Assembly (NCBI GenBank): GCA_002269645.1
Contig: NIVC01001979.1
Span: forward strand, 62,001-126,000
DNA length: 64,000 bases
Reading direction: 5' to 3'
DNA from: Macrostomum lignano
Lineage: Eukaryota
A program made the position numbers and the translations under genes. The notes below the pieces were generated by a model, which searched no databases, had not been told where the DNA came from, and worked only from the letters and a program-made list of their open reading frames with translations. Of this stretch, positions 1 through 12,558 are shown piece after piece (position 1 is the stretch's first letter; each line of letters begins with the position of its first letter).

Positions 1-811
1 TATAGTTCTAACCGCGATAGCAACAGCGAATCCAGGGACTGTAATCCAGTGCCTCATCAAATAATCTTACGAGCTAAATTTCACAACACCCTGCACTGCT
101 AGCGTCCAATTCAACTGACTCTTAGACTCCACAGTTCCAAAATCTCACAACACCCTTAAACGCTGAACCAAGCAAACCTTAGAATATTACTAGTGGAACA
201 GGCAAAATAGCGTTTTTAATTAATTGAAGGAAGATCGGGAGGGGATATTTGCTTGGCAAAGCAGAACAATCCAGGAGTGGTAAACTAGAATGAAATCTCC
301 CAATGTTCCTCTTGGGGTGTGTGACCGGGAGAAGCGAGAGGGCAGACCCAGCTGCTCGGAGCCAACAATGCAGTGCAGGATTTGCGTAGTGTACGATATT
401 GTTAATATTTGAACAGAATGGCTCCTCAGAACACTGGACTCGGAAACAAGTCCCTATAAGGGGGGTCAACTCTGGGAGAATTGCTTGAGTTGCTTTTTGG
501 GGGATTGGTTTGCCGTGACTCAGCAGCAGGAGCATTAGCGGGAGCAATTGTCCCCTAGTAGCAGGAGAGAGGGGAGCACTGCGGGGTGTTGCGGTTCGTT
601 AGAGTTCGCTCGCGTTACAGCAATATGTGGAGCATAACGAATTGCATTGCATTGTATTGGACTAGCGTAGACTGGGTTGAAAACAGGAATTTCTTCAACT
701 ATAGTTTTTTTAGCTCGAGGTGTAGACTTGTAAACTAAAAAAAATAGGTGAACCAGATGAGGTCCATAGGTTATCAGGAATCACTATCTTTGATAATTTT
801 AAAGCATCCGG

Positions 812-1349
<538 letters not shown>

Positions 1350-1364
1350 TCATGCGACACTCAC

Positions 1365-2451
1365 CCTCGTCAATGTCTGGCGGCAGTCCGCCCACGAACA
1401 CTTTCCGACTGTACCGCTCCTCCCGCAGGCTGCTGCTAACACCGCCGTCTCCGTAGTAGCAGGCGGCAGCGGCAGCTCCCGGATCAGCGGCGCCGAGACC
1501 GTCGACCCCAGCCAGAAGATCGATTGAGTCGAGCAGCTGGCTGTCCAGACAGGCGCGCAGGCTGTCCAGCGGGTTGGCAGACCAGGAGTCGTTTGATGAC
1601 TGCGCTGACCGACGGGCCAGCGACTGCTGCTGCTGCTGACCGGCCGGAGACCAGGAGCCGTGGTTTCCGCCGCTGCCACCGCCGCCGTGGCGCTGCTGCC
1701 ACTTGCTGGTGACGGTCCAAGCGCTGGACGGCGACAAGCCTGGCGACCTCTGGCTGGTTGTACCGAGCTTCTGCTGCTGACTGTGCGGCTGGCCGTAGCT
1801 GCAGTAGCCGGCAGATCGCTGGCCAGTGATAGGCCTGGCCGGGCCGGCCGCCAGCGACCGCCTGCCGCCGAATCCGGTGTGGCGACCGCTGTAGGTGGCA
1901 TCGTCTGGCGGCCAGGAGGCCTGCGAGCTCAAACTCGGCTGCTGCTGCTGCTGCGGCTGCTGCAGGCTGGCGAAAAGCGAGGCGAAATCGGCGGGCCCCA
2001 GGTTGGTGGCAGCAGCGGTGGCGGCAAAGTCAGGAGTGTCGGGTTTTATCGGGCTGTCGGCGAAGAGCAGCGACTGTAGCACTTCGGGCCCAAGCGGCTC
2101 CAGCTGGCCGAACTGGCCGTCGAATGCGGGCAGGGCGGAGCCGGCCGTCGCGTTGCCGCCCGGAGACTCTCGGCTGCTGCCACTGCCACTGCCGCTGGCG
2201 TTTTTGTGGTGGTTGCCATTGGCAACGGCGGACTGAGTCAGAGCGGCGGCAGTGGCGGACGCTTCTTTGTTGAACGAGTCGTCCAAAGATGAGAAGCTGG
2301 TGGCGTCGAAGAAGCCGGAGCTGTTGGCCGAGTCGGTGAAGTCGAGGCCGCTCAGCAAGCACTCGAGGCCAACTGAGGCGGCACCGCCGACACCAACAGC
2401 GTTGTCAACAGGCAGAGTGGATGTACCGTTGGAATAGGTGCTCATTGCCAT
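1365..2451 (-). CDS. CPEB: Cytoplasmic polyadenylation element-binding protein, CPEB2/3/4 (orb2) subfamily; N-terminal coding exon, with remaining exons expected beyond coordinate 1
   Basis: Exon ends ERYSRKVFVGGLPPDIDE+G then GTGAGT donor (1364-1359), matching the start of RRM1 in CPEB2-4/Orb2 (RYSRKVFVGGLPPDIDEDEIT). The N-terminus is low-complexity and Q/S/G/A-rich. In-frame ATGs at 2478, 2451 and 2445; candidate upstream acceptor ttttgcAG at 2528-2527. No further CPEB exon was recognised in 1-800. Confidence 0.88.
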
Positions 2452-4589
2452 GCATAAATGTGACAGGCTTATGCGCATAAACAGAGGCAATGGAAATAAG
2501 TCAGCAATGGCAAATCAAAAGTTTTTCTGCAAAAACAAAATGAAATATACAAAGTTAAATCTGCAGTAATAATCTGGAATAAAATTCTACTGAACAGATA
2601 TCTAGGTAAAAATGCATATAGCTAAGAGCTAATTTAGACTTTTGAGATCTACCTTGTCTACAACGGAGTTAGAATAAAACTCTGAAGTGATAAGCATTGT
2701 AATAAAATTGATGAGTTTTATAAGCAATACTTTTGGTTTCTTTTGTACAGCTCTAATGATCTTAAATTCTTTAGTAGGACTATAGCAAGCTATATTTCAA
2801 AATATTTTCTTACTTGCTTGTGTGTTTAAATTTCATGTAAATGTGAAGAAAACAAACAGCTTAACATGTAAATCAATGCTTGTGCTATATTTGAAATTTT
2901 TAAATAGCTAGTTATACCACAATAGTTAGAAATATAAATGCAACAAATTTGAGTAGGCTGTACATTTTAAATAGTTTGCTTCAGTTATAAAAAATCCAAA
3001 ACTTCATATTGAGTTTTTATTGTTACCTCAATATAAGGTCATTCGAATAATAATATTCAAATCTAATGAATCGATTCTCCCACGCAGTATCAGTATGTAC
3101 GTGTACTTGGATGGATAAATATAAAATATCTAGATATACATGTAATAGCGTTGATGCTAAACACAATTAAATTTGAGTTTTTTTACCATATTTTTAATCT
3201 TTTAAGATAGCAAAAAGGCAAACAATTACTAGCGATATTTACCAGAACCTTATGCACAGATTGAATTTTTGCTCCGTTCCCTAATGTCGAGGTACTCTTA
3301 GAAAGACGCTAACTTCAAAAACATTTTGTCAGCAAATTCGTGCTGCAGTTGTTATAACAAAGGTAGTTCAAGCATATGCATTTAAAAGGATTTTTTAAAT
3401 TTGCAATTTTTATTAAGTAAAAAGAACTTAAGAAATATTTTTCTTCACTAGTGTCTTTATTTATTAAGATCAATGTTACGTTATATTACGCTAAATATAT
3501 CTGCAGTTTATGTATAATATTTTTATACTCAATGATAATCAAACTGAGATGGTATTTTTAGAAAAGAAGCTAAGTTCAGGTTGAATGTAGATTTTTTATT
3601 CAGTTTAGGCTACATGCATATGCAACTCTTGTGAGCGATAGAAATGGCAAGTGCGATTTAGCGTAAATCCGTTATATTTTTGTCAAGCGACAATTTATAG
3701 GAATTTTGGATGATTGATTAGAATAAATGTAATTAATGGAAAGGAACTCGTTACTAGAGGGTAATCGAGATTGTGTTTTAACAACGCAGGGCAGGAGAGT
3801 GACTTAAGATTGAGTTGCGCTTGTGAGAAACAATTATAGTTGTCCATGCAATGACGAGAAATATAAAAGTAGCATAAATGGATTTATAATTCAAAGTAAA
3901 TTGAATATACATGTAAAATTTTATGCGGAAAGAGCAAGTCAATTATCAGCGAAATAATTCTGGGCAAATCTTTTAAAAAGTAACTATTTAATAGTAGAAT
4001 TTAATTTTAACTGACAAGTGACAACTTTTTAACTTAATTTCACCAAAATAACATAAGTTTTAGAGGGAAAGAGTTTAAAGTAAAGTTTTAAACTTAAATC
4101 TTTAAGTAGGCGGAACAGCTGTACTGTAGGGACACTAGGCTTAGGATCTATGCTAGAAGAGTGAGTGGTGTTGTTGAAGTCTACTTGTGACCAAATTATT
4201 GAGAGTTTAATTTTGAGCCACCATGGAAAGGCTGAAGAGAAAATTTCAAGAATTAAGATGTTGATTCAAGAAATTTAGTTTTTATTATATTTTAAAACCT
4301 TTTTGAAGCATAACAAAAACTCTCTTATTATTACTGAATTATTTGGCATAAATTATGATTTTGATTGGCACTGTGGGAATTATTTGAATGAGTATAAGGA
4401 ATAGTTCTGAATGGGAATGATGCTAATATAAGATTTTTGATGCTGGGGGTTGATACTGAGAGGGTATGTTGCTCACGAGCCACTGATTCTGAGGGGGAGT
4501 TTGCTAAAGTGACGATGCTGAGGTGATGATGCTTGAAGGGGTTGCTTTCACAAACGGGAAATTTCATAAGCTAAATCACCCACTTCCAT

Positions 4590-4890
4590 GATAAACGTGA
4601 AAGTTCACAATCGCGAAACTTCACAACAGCGAAACTTCACAACCGCTAAATGTCATATACTTTCATAAACGTGAAACTTCACAAACGCGAAACTTCACAA
4701 CCGCTAAATGTCATATACTTTCATAAACGTGAAACTTCACAAACGCGAAACTTCACAACCGCTAAATGTCATACTTTCATAAACGTGAAACTTCACAAAC
4801 GCGAAACTTCACAACCGCTAAATATCATACTTTCATAAACGTGAAACTTCACAGCCGCGAAACTTTATAACCGCGAAACTTCACAACCGC
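4590..4890. repeat. 56-58-bp tandem repeat with internal GAAACTTCACAA subrepeats, embedded in a degenerate GATGATGCTGAGGG repeat (about 4430-5165)
   Basis: Unit starts CATAAACGTG at 4664, 4722, 4778 and 4834; flanked on both sides by GATGATGCTGAG-like decayed repeats. Confidence 0.9.
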
Positions 4891-5399
4891 TAAAAAAAGA
4901 CTGCCGTATATGAAAGTAAGTGCAAAAATTTGCAAGAATAATGCTGAAGGGATGATATGCTGAGGAAATGATGTTTGAGGTGAGTGATGCTTAGGGAATG
5001 ATGAAAAGGAATGATGCTGAGGGGATGATGCTTGAGGGGATGATGCTGAGGAGATGATGCTGAGGAGATGATGCTGAGGGGATGATGCTGAGGGAATGAT
5101 GCTGAGGGGATGAAGCTTGTGGGGAGTGGTGCTGAGAGGGAATGGTTGCTAAGGGATAATAATAAAAGGGAATGGCGTCTGAAAAAGATTCGCTGACTGG
5201 GCTTTCATTGACTGAGATTTTGAAAAATGCATTTTGTCCTCAAAAAGCTGTGAGATTGCCTGGTTGCAGAATAAATTGCAGCCTTTTCCTTTTTTTAGTT
5301 TTACAAGGACTGCGAAACAAAACCCACAGAAACAACAGCAACAACATAAAAAACAGCTCCATATCCAGCAGGCCTCCGAGCAGCTCTAGACACTTGCTG

Positions 5400-6011
5400 G
5401 GCTGGGACACGAGAGCTGGAATTAAGGTCCCGCTGGGATTGATCCTGGTGGACCTGGTGGCAGGCTCACCAACATGCACCGGCCGTTGGTACAGCCTAGG
5501 TCTTTTAAGTGGAGCTCATTGCCATCCGATTGGCCCTCCAGGATGTCATCACCTGCGCGGCCAGCAACGCCGCCATCCTCACAGACAGCTAGATCGCCAT
5601 TGCCACCATCGCCTCCGACCGCCCAGAGGACCAAAACGCCTTCTGGAGGAAGTCGAGGCGCGATCGTGGTCCAGCAGGCGTTCCACTAGTGATCCATGCA
5701 ATCCGGCACCACCACAAGTTTCAACCGGCTCTGGAGGGCCACCTCCTGGACGTTTATGGCGCACTACGTTGGTCCTCGCAAACAGCAAATCCTGGTCTCG
5801 CAGACCAGGGCGGACTACTGTCCAGAGTCTACACGTACCTGCTATCGGAACCGTACAGGCATCGCGGCCGGGCGGTGTCTGCAGGCTCAGTGGCGAATTT
5901 CCGGAGCAATTTTACCTCCTGGATCGGCTGGCCCTCGTCTTTCGCAGCACCAACGGAGTTGAGCGCCTGTCTGATCTCTGGCGCGGCGATATGGTGGTGC
6001 TGCGATCTTGA
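5400..6011 (+). mobile_element. Degenerate 3' end of an RNase H-bearing non-LTR retrotransposon (I-group-like)
   Basis: Frameshifted and stop-containing reading ELIAIRLALQDVITCAASNAAILTDS*IAIATI resembles the LINE RNase H motifs (AELxAIxxAL...IxTDSxSAI). It is followed by QQILVSQTRADYCP and VCRLSGEFPEQFYLL...LSDLW, resembling the decayed C-terminal CCHC region. Confidence 0.6.
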
Positions 6012-6208
6012 GGGCTTAATTGGAATCTCGGCTTGGCTCAGTAGCTCTGCTCATGCTTGGGGGCCAACCCCCCAACGCACAGTGAAGTGTACATGCCTAA
6101 CGATAAATAAAGTTAGGGTAGCTGTACACTCCTGTGTGAGAGTGTGCCTGTGCGTATGACTGCGTACTGTACGTATCCGCGCACTTGTGTGCCTGCTCAG
6201 GGAAACTG

Positions 6209-6252
6209 AAAGATCGTGTAATTTTTATAGAAGGCCAATTTCCTGGAAAAAA
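6209..6252 (+). repeat. Short dispersed repeat; second copy at 43653-43694
   Basis: AAAGATCGTGTAATTTTTATAGAAGGCCAATTTCCT versus AAAGATCGTGTTATTTTTTGGAGGCCAATTTCCT. Confidence 0.65.
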
Positions 6253-6689
6253 TTCACCGGTCTGCGGAGATAGGATCTATGATTGCATTAGATCTGGGTC
6301 ACTTAATATTATATACTACACAGTGGTCCTCGGACTCTCGTCGGTTGTGTGACAATGTCGGCGTTATATCGCTTAAAGTGCGCCAGGGTGCACACAGCTC
6401 TTCTGCCATGAATTTTTTTCAGCAAAAGTAACGATTTAATTACCTCACTAGTTAATTTACCGTCTAATTTACATCTGATTTGTGTCAGGGGCATGCTTGT
6501 TGATTTTGCATACACAAGTGTTAAAATGATTTACAAAGTATAAACACGTACATATAAAGTACAATTAACGTACACTGTTACATACATATATAAGTAACAT
6601 AAATAGTCATTGTAACGGAAGCTTTTTAAGTTTTCGTTGAACGTACTCCTAAATTATTATCAAGTTGTGAGTTTGTCACATCCTAAGCT

Positions 6690-7383
6690 TCTTTTAAGTG
6701 TATGCAAAAATACATGTACATCTGCATCTAGCTGGTATGGGCATCTTAAGCTTCCCTTAAGTAGCATGCAAAAATACATGTACATCTGCATGTAGCTGGT
6801 ATGGGCATCTTAAGCTTCCCTTAAGTAGCATGCACAAATACATGTACATCTGCATGTAGCTGGTATGGGCATCTTAAGCTTCCCTTAAGTAGCATGCACA
6901 AATACATGTACATCTGCATGTAGCTGGTATGGGCATCTTAAGCTTCCCTTAAGTAGCATGCACAAATACATGTACATCTGCATGTAGCTGGTATGGGCAT
7001 CTTAAGCTTCCCTTAAGTAGCATGCACAAATACATGTACATCTGCATGTAGCTGGTATGGGCATCTTAAGCTTCCCTTAAGTAGCATGCAAATACATGTA
7101 CATCTGCATGTAGCTGGTATGGGCATCTTAAGCTTCCCTTAAATAGCATGTACAAATACATGTACATCTGCATGTAGCTGGTATGGGCATCTTAAGCTTC
7201 CCTTAAGTAGCATGCACAAATACATGTACATCTGCATGTAGCTGGTATGGGCATCTTAAGCTTCCCTTAAATAGCATGTACAAATACATGTACATCTGCA
7301 TGTAGCTGGTATGGGCATCTTAAGCTTCCCTTAAATAGCATGTACAAATACATGTACATCTGCATGTACATGTAGCTGGTATG
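6690..7383. repeat. 64-bp tandem repeat, about 10.5 copies, rich in short palindromes
   Basis: GCATCTTAAG recurs at 6741, 6805, 6869 and 6933 (period 64). Confidence 0.95.
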
Positions 7384-8406
7384 AATTATGCAAATAAACT
7401 TAAAAATGCATTATTAAATTGTTCTCCAGTCGAATTCGAGTCGGGTTATAACAACATTAATTGCACACGATGACAGTATTGTTAAACTTGTTCAGATTCC
7501 GACAATTACTCGTGTATTTATATTAGCAGTTGGTTGACACTGTTGCTACAGTAGCCGTGGGGAAGGGCGGGTGAACATTTTTTAACACACAGCTGCGTGT
7601 TTGCAAACCTAAAAATACACGTTAGCTACACTTATTGGGTAGATAGGGATATAAATTAGGGATATAAATTACATAAAAAGCCGCCATAGCATGCATCAGA
7701 TCTAATTTCACTACTTCAACTCGCGCGGGCATCGGTATCCGAAAATCTCCAATAAAAATGCGCCGACAAAAATGTTCAGTTTGCAAGGTAGAAATTGCGA
7801 ACTTGAAAAAACGCAAGCCTGAGGCTGCCATTTTATTTTCGAGCGTTTAATTTTGGTCACAGATACTAGAAAAACTAGATGGGCCACTCAGCACATTTTC
7901 GTGCAAACTACTTTCAGTTCAGTAGCAAGTTAAACTAGCATTTTAATGTATTTTTAAAGTCAAGGCCCATTTTATTTGCTCTTACCCCCCCTCAGCTTAA
8001 ACCATCCAGCCGCGTTTTTCCGCACTTACCCTCGCCCCGCCCTAACTTTAATTGCCTTTCTCGGAATTCCCGCCAAAAGCTGCCATGTACATTCAGTAGC
8101 CTGGCTAATGTACATTATTGCCGAACCAATTAGCAAGTTTTTTACGCCTGCAAGCTTGGGCTTCCGAGCTTATCAAAGTCATTTCAGCTGGCTTTATTTT
8201 TATAAAATAGCTTATGTATTCTTCTTTGCTACTGAACGTAAAGTATATATGCCTGATTGGCCCATCTAATTATTTTAGCATCTGTGATTTTGGTTGAACA
8301 AAATGACAACAAAAGCCCAATAGAACATGAAACAGACATTGAACACAATCGCGAGAATGAATAGTTCAGTATGAGCTGTTAAACAGATGACAAACACACA
8401 CAAGCA

Positions 8407-11400
8407 TCAGTCGGTCTTGGCCGCTGTGCCGTCTCCGTTCTCGGCGGCCTTGCCAGCGGCAGAGGCGGCGGCCGTCTCGCCCCGGCTGTCCCGCTTCTGC
8501 CGCTTGTGCGACCTCGAGTCGCGCCTGCCATCGCCGGCCTCGTCTTCGCTGTCGCTGAGCTCGTTGTCGCCGGAGACGCGCTTGTCTGAGGAGCGGATGC
8601 TCACCCGCTGCTCGTCCCGCTTGCCGCGGTCCTGCTCCGCCTCCTCCTGGGCGACGTCCTCGTCAACCGCCATGCCGTCTTCGGGGATGTCTGGCGGCGT
8701 TGGGGAATGGAAACTACTGATTGCGAATGCTCAACTTGCTACTTATTAGTAGCAATATGAAATTCTTCAAAGTAAATTTTTTAATATCAATACGATTTTA
8801 GTGCAACAAATCTCAAACTTGCTACTCGTTAGTAGCAATATTCAACTCTAAAGTAAAAACAGGAGAAATCAACCACAGAGATAACTGGCATTCTTTTCAC
8901 TATAACCCCATATGGAATTCTACTGATGGAGATTCCAATGGCTGGGATTTTATGGCAGGGGATTCTACTTAATTCACAGTGTATATCAAATCAAGAGTTT
9001 ATCTTCTTTATGCACCCCCATCCCAAATTAAAAAGCCATTAGCAAAGAACTGCAGGCAGCGCCAGACACGCACCCTGCATCTGCACCCCAGGCGAGTTCG
9101 GCAGCATTCGCAGATTCTCCAGCAGCCGAGTTTTGATCTTCTCCAGGTACTCGGGTGTGTTCTGGTTGGACATGTTCGACGGCTGAATGTGCAGCTTGAA
9201 GTCCGGCCCGAAGTACTCAAAGTAGTCATTGTAGGGCAGCTCGTTTGGAATCTCCTGGCCCAGGGCGATGGCCGTCTCGTAGGTCCAGCAGCGGGCCACG
9301 TTTCTAGGAATTGGGGAAGATTTTGGGATCAGCTGGTCACGTTTCTAGGAATTGGGGGCGATTTTGGGATCAGCTGGTCACGTTTCTAGGAAATTGGGGG
9401 CGATTTTGGGATCAGCTGGTCACGTTTCTAGGAATTGGGGGCGATTTTGGGATCAGCTGGTCACGTTTCTAGGAATTGGGGGCGATTTTGGGATCAGCTG
9501 GTCACGTTTCTAGGAAATTGGGGGCGATTTTGGGATCAGCTGGTCACGTTTCTAGAAATTGGAGGCAATTTTGGGATCAGCTGGTCACGTTTCTAGAAAT
9601 TGGGGGCAATTTTGGGATCAGCTGGTCACGTTTCTAGAAATTGGGGGCAATTTTGGGATCAGCTGGTCACGTTTCTAGAAATTGGGGGCAATTTTGGCAT
9701 CAGCTGGTCACGTTTCTAGAAATTGGGGGCAATTTTGGGATCAGCTGGTCACGTTTCTAGAAATTGGGGGCAATTTTGGGATCAGTTGGCCGCAGCGCCC
9801 AGCATCCCAGATGAAGCACTTAGAAGCACCCCAGATAAGGCACCCATCATCCCAGAAGAGTCACCCAGTATCCCAGATGACACACTTAGCATGAGGCACA
9901 GCATCAAAGATTAGGCATCAAGAAAGAATCCCAGATGAGGCACTTAGCATCCCAGATGAGGCCCCAGCATCCCAGATGAGGCTCCAGCATCCCAGATGAG
10001 GCACCCAGCATCCCAAATGAGGCTACCAGCTCACCTGATGGTGTAGCCGCCGCCACCCAGCAACAGCAGGGGGGTGTCGAACTTCTTCATGAACTGGACG
10101 CAGCGGCCGTGGCCCTTCAGCGACAGGTTGAAGCAGCCAAGGCGGTCCCCAGCCAAAGAGTCGGCACCGCACTGCAGAACGGTGGCGGAGGGCCTGTAGT
10201 GCTCCATGACCTTGGTGATGACGGGGGCAAAGATCTGCTCAAATGCCTCATCGTCAATGCCGTCCCTCAGCGGAAAGTTCACAGCGTAGTGCTTGCCCCG
10301 GCCGGCCCCGATGTCCTTGAGGTCGCCGGTGCCGGGAAAGTACTCGCCGTACTTGTGAAACGAGACGGTCATGACGCGGTCGGTGGTGTAGAAGGCCTCC
10401 TCGACGCCGTCTCCGTGGTGGATGTCGATGTCGACGTACAGAACCCGCTGGTGGTACTTGAGCAGCTCCAGGATTGCCAGCACGATGTCGTTGACGTAGC
10501 AGAAGCCGGACGCCTCGGACTTCTTGGCGTGGTGAAGGCCGCCGCCCCAGTTGATGGCGATGTCGGTGGCGCCCTTGTTCAGCTTGACGGCGCCGGCGAT
10601 GGAGCCGCCCGTGCTGAGCTGGCAGAACTCGTACAGGCCGTCGAACACGGGGCAGTCCTCGCCGACGTTGAAGCGCTGCATCTGCTTGTTGAACTCGTGC
10701 ATGTTGTCCGGCCGGATGGAGCGCAGGAACTTGATGTAGTCGTCGCTATGGAAACGCGTCATCTCCTCGGCCGTGGCCTTGTGCGGCCGGTAGATCTCCA
10801 TCTTGCGGTACAGGCCGTAGTTGAGCAGCAGGTTGTGCGTCATCCTGATGCGGTGCGGCTTCATGGGGTGGCCCTGGCCATAGTAGTAGTTGCCAATGTC
10901 GCCTGGGCATGGTGGGGGTTGTTGTTTTATTAAGTTTAGTAGATACTTAAAAAATTAAAATGCATCCCTTTTAATGAAGGCTCTAAAAAATGAAAGAAGT
11001 ATTCATGTATTCTTGGAAGGATTCTGGTCTGTTTATACATTTGTATGCCTCCTAATGTAATTGTAATATAAGATGAGTTTGAGAAAGCTATGCATTCTAT
11101 TATTATGCAACTGCTAACAAAAAAACTCAACTAATAGAATTCAAACAGACATTTTTAAGTAAGGTTATATGCTATTTACTAAAATAAATAATAATTTGTC
11201 TTACATCATAATTGTCTTTTCTTGTAAAATTGTATCTTATAAAAATAACTATCTATAACTAAGTATATTTGTTGCTTATATGTAGCAAATAAAACAAATT
11301 ATAAAAAAATGTTTATTTTTCAACTTTTTATTTATGTACTAGACAGTGTCAAATTAAGAGCATACTAGTCAGGTCCTATGTAGCATAGATAAAAGAGTAT

Positions 11401-12558
11401 TTGAGAAATATACTTAGCCCTATTTAAAAAATTAATATATATTGTAACTAGGAAAGGCAATAACCATAGAATCCTAAAGCTCCCATTCTCTATACCCTGG
11501 TTTTAGGCAACACGAATTTTGAAAAAAGCAATGTAGAAACAAAGCCTAAATTTGAAATTAGCACTCTCAAAAACAAAAGTATGATCTTATTAAAACTGGA
11601 ACTAATTTATATAACTTAATTTCCAGAAGTCCCTAAAAGCAATATTTCTTGCAACCAGAAAGGGCTATTATTGGCAAAGCCACATGGCAACTAAATAGCC
11701 ACTTATCTTTACAAGGGATGTAGAAAAATAAAATGATAGGAGACCAAAAAATATTAGCAAAGATATTTGAGTAAACCTTTTTTTATTTTTCTATGGACTT
11801 GCCTTTTACTCTTAGGCATTTTATCAAATATTAAAACTACAACTACATAGTACCTTAGTGCCTATCTTTGCTATTACTGATTTCATTGTTGCTAAAAATG
11901 AATCTGTTACAAGAGTAAATTCTTTAAAATTAATATTTTGGGCTTGCAATTAATATTCTTATCTATAATATTTATCTAATTTAAACAACATAGGCCAATA
12001 TTATAAGTTAGTAACAAGATGACCTAGCTATATGGCCCTAAAAGGCCCTAAAAATATTATTTTACATTTGTACACATTTTAAAATATTTGCTTTGAAAAT
12101 TATGCACAAAATCATAACACAGGTAACATTTTAAAGACAGGCCTGAAATCACAGAGCTGAGTGCATTTTAATTCTTAAAATTAATCACAGTGCATTTTTA
12201 CATCTTGCAATAAGTCTAGGCGCCACTTAAAAACACAAAGACAAATATTATAAATTGCTAGGACATAAACTAAAAGCATCACTAACAAGTCTTGACTTAA
12301 GTAAGAACTATAATATTATATAGTTACCATTCCATTTATTCCATCAAAAATTATTTTACTGACATGAAGGAAGTTAAGATCCAGATTTTATTATCAAATG
12401 CATCAAATGCAACTAAAGGTTAGACATTGTAAACATCGTTTTGAATCAAATAAAAAATAATTTGAAGAATAGCATCATTTTCATAAATGATAATTTTTAT
12501 ACCTACCATCATAATAATAGCATACGCGCTTCTTTATTCCTGTTAATTCTGATGTCAT
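8407..12558 (-). CDS. HDAC1: Class I histone deacetylase HDAC1/2 (Rpd3), 477 aa; exons complement(12507-12558, 10035-10902, 9074-9303, 8407-8690)
   Basis: [17 protein letters not shown]|[20 protein letters not shown]...GGLHHAKK...[14 protein letters not shown]...QCGADSL...GGGGYTIR|[10 protein letters not shown]...GVQMQ|DIPED...ELSDSEDE. All introns are GT-AG with phases 1, 2, 1; total 1434 nt, divisible by 3. Confidence 0.97.
9297..9790 (-). repeat. 41-42-bp tandem repeat, 12 units, each containing the HDAC1 intron 2/exon 3 junction
   Basis: CACGTTTCTA starts at 9297, 9338, 9379, 9421, 9462, 9503, 9545, 9586, 9627, 9668, 9709 and 9750; the lowest unit contains the real acceptor (AG at 9305-9304). 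Confidence 0.95.
9800..10030. repeat. Degenerate 20-21-bp repeat (CATCCCAGATGAGGCACCCAG) next to the HDAC1 intron 2 donor
   Basis: Direct reading. Confidence 0.85.

Noticed and set aside
179-547. 122-aa minus-strand ORF
   Set aside because: Non-ATG start, no recognisable motif, and it does not match the expected next CPEB exon (DEITASFRRFG).
1-811. HDV-like ribozyme in the CPEB intron, by analogy with mammalian CPEB3
   Set aside because: No similarity to the CPEB3 ribozyme or nested double-pseudoknot pattern was seen by eye; an Infernal/RNArobo search would be needed, and the intron extends outside the window.
6690-7383. p53 response elements in the CATG-rich 64-bp repeat
   Set aside because: The CATG cores lack the RRR/YYY flanks and paired half-site arrangement.
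10109-10933. 274-aa antisense ORF over HDAC1 exon 2 (similar shadows over spen and UCP)
   Set aside because: Expected by-product of strong GC3 codon bias on the sense strand.
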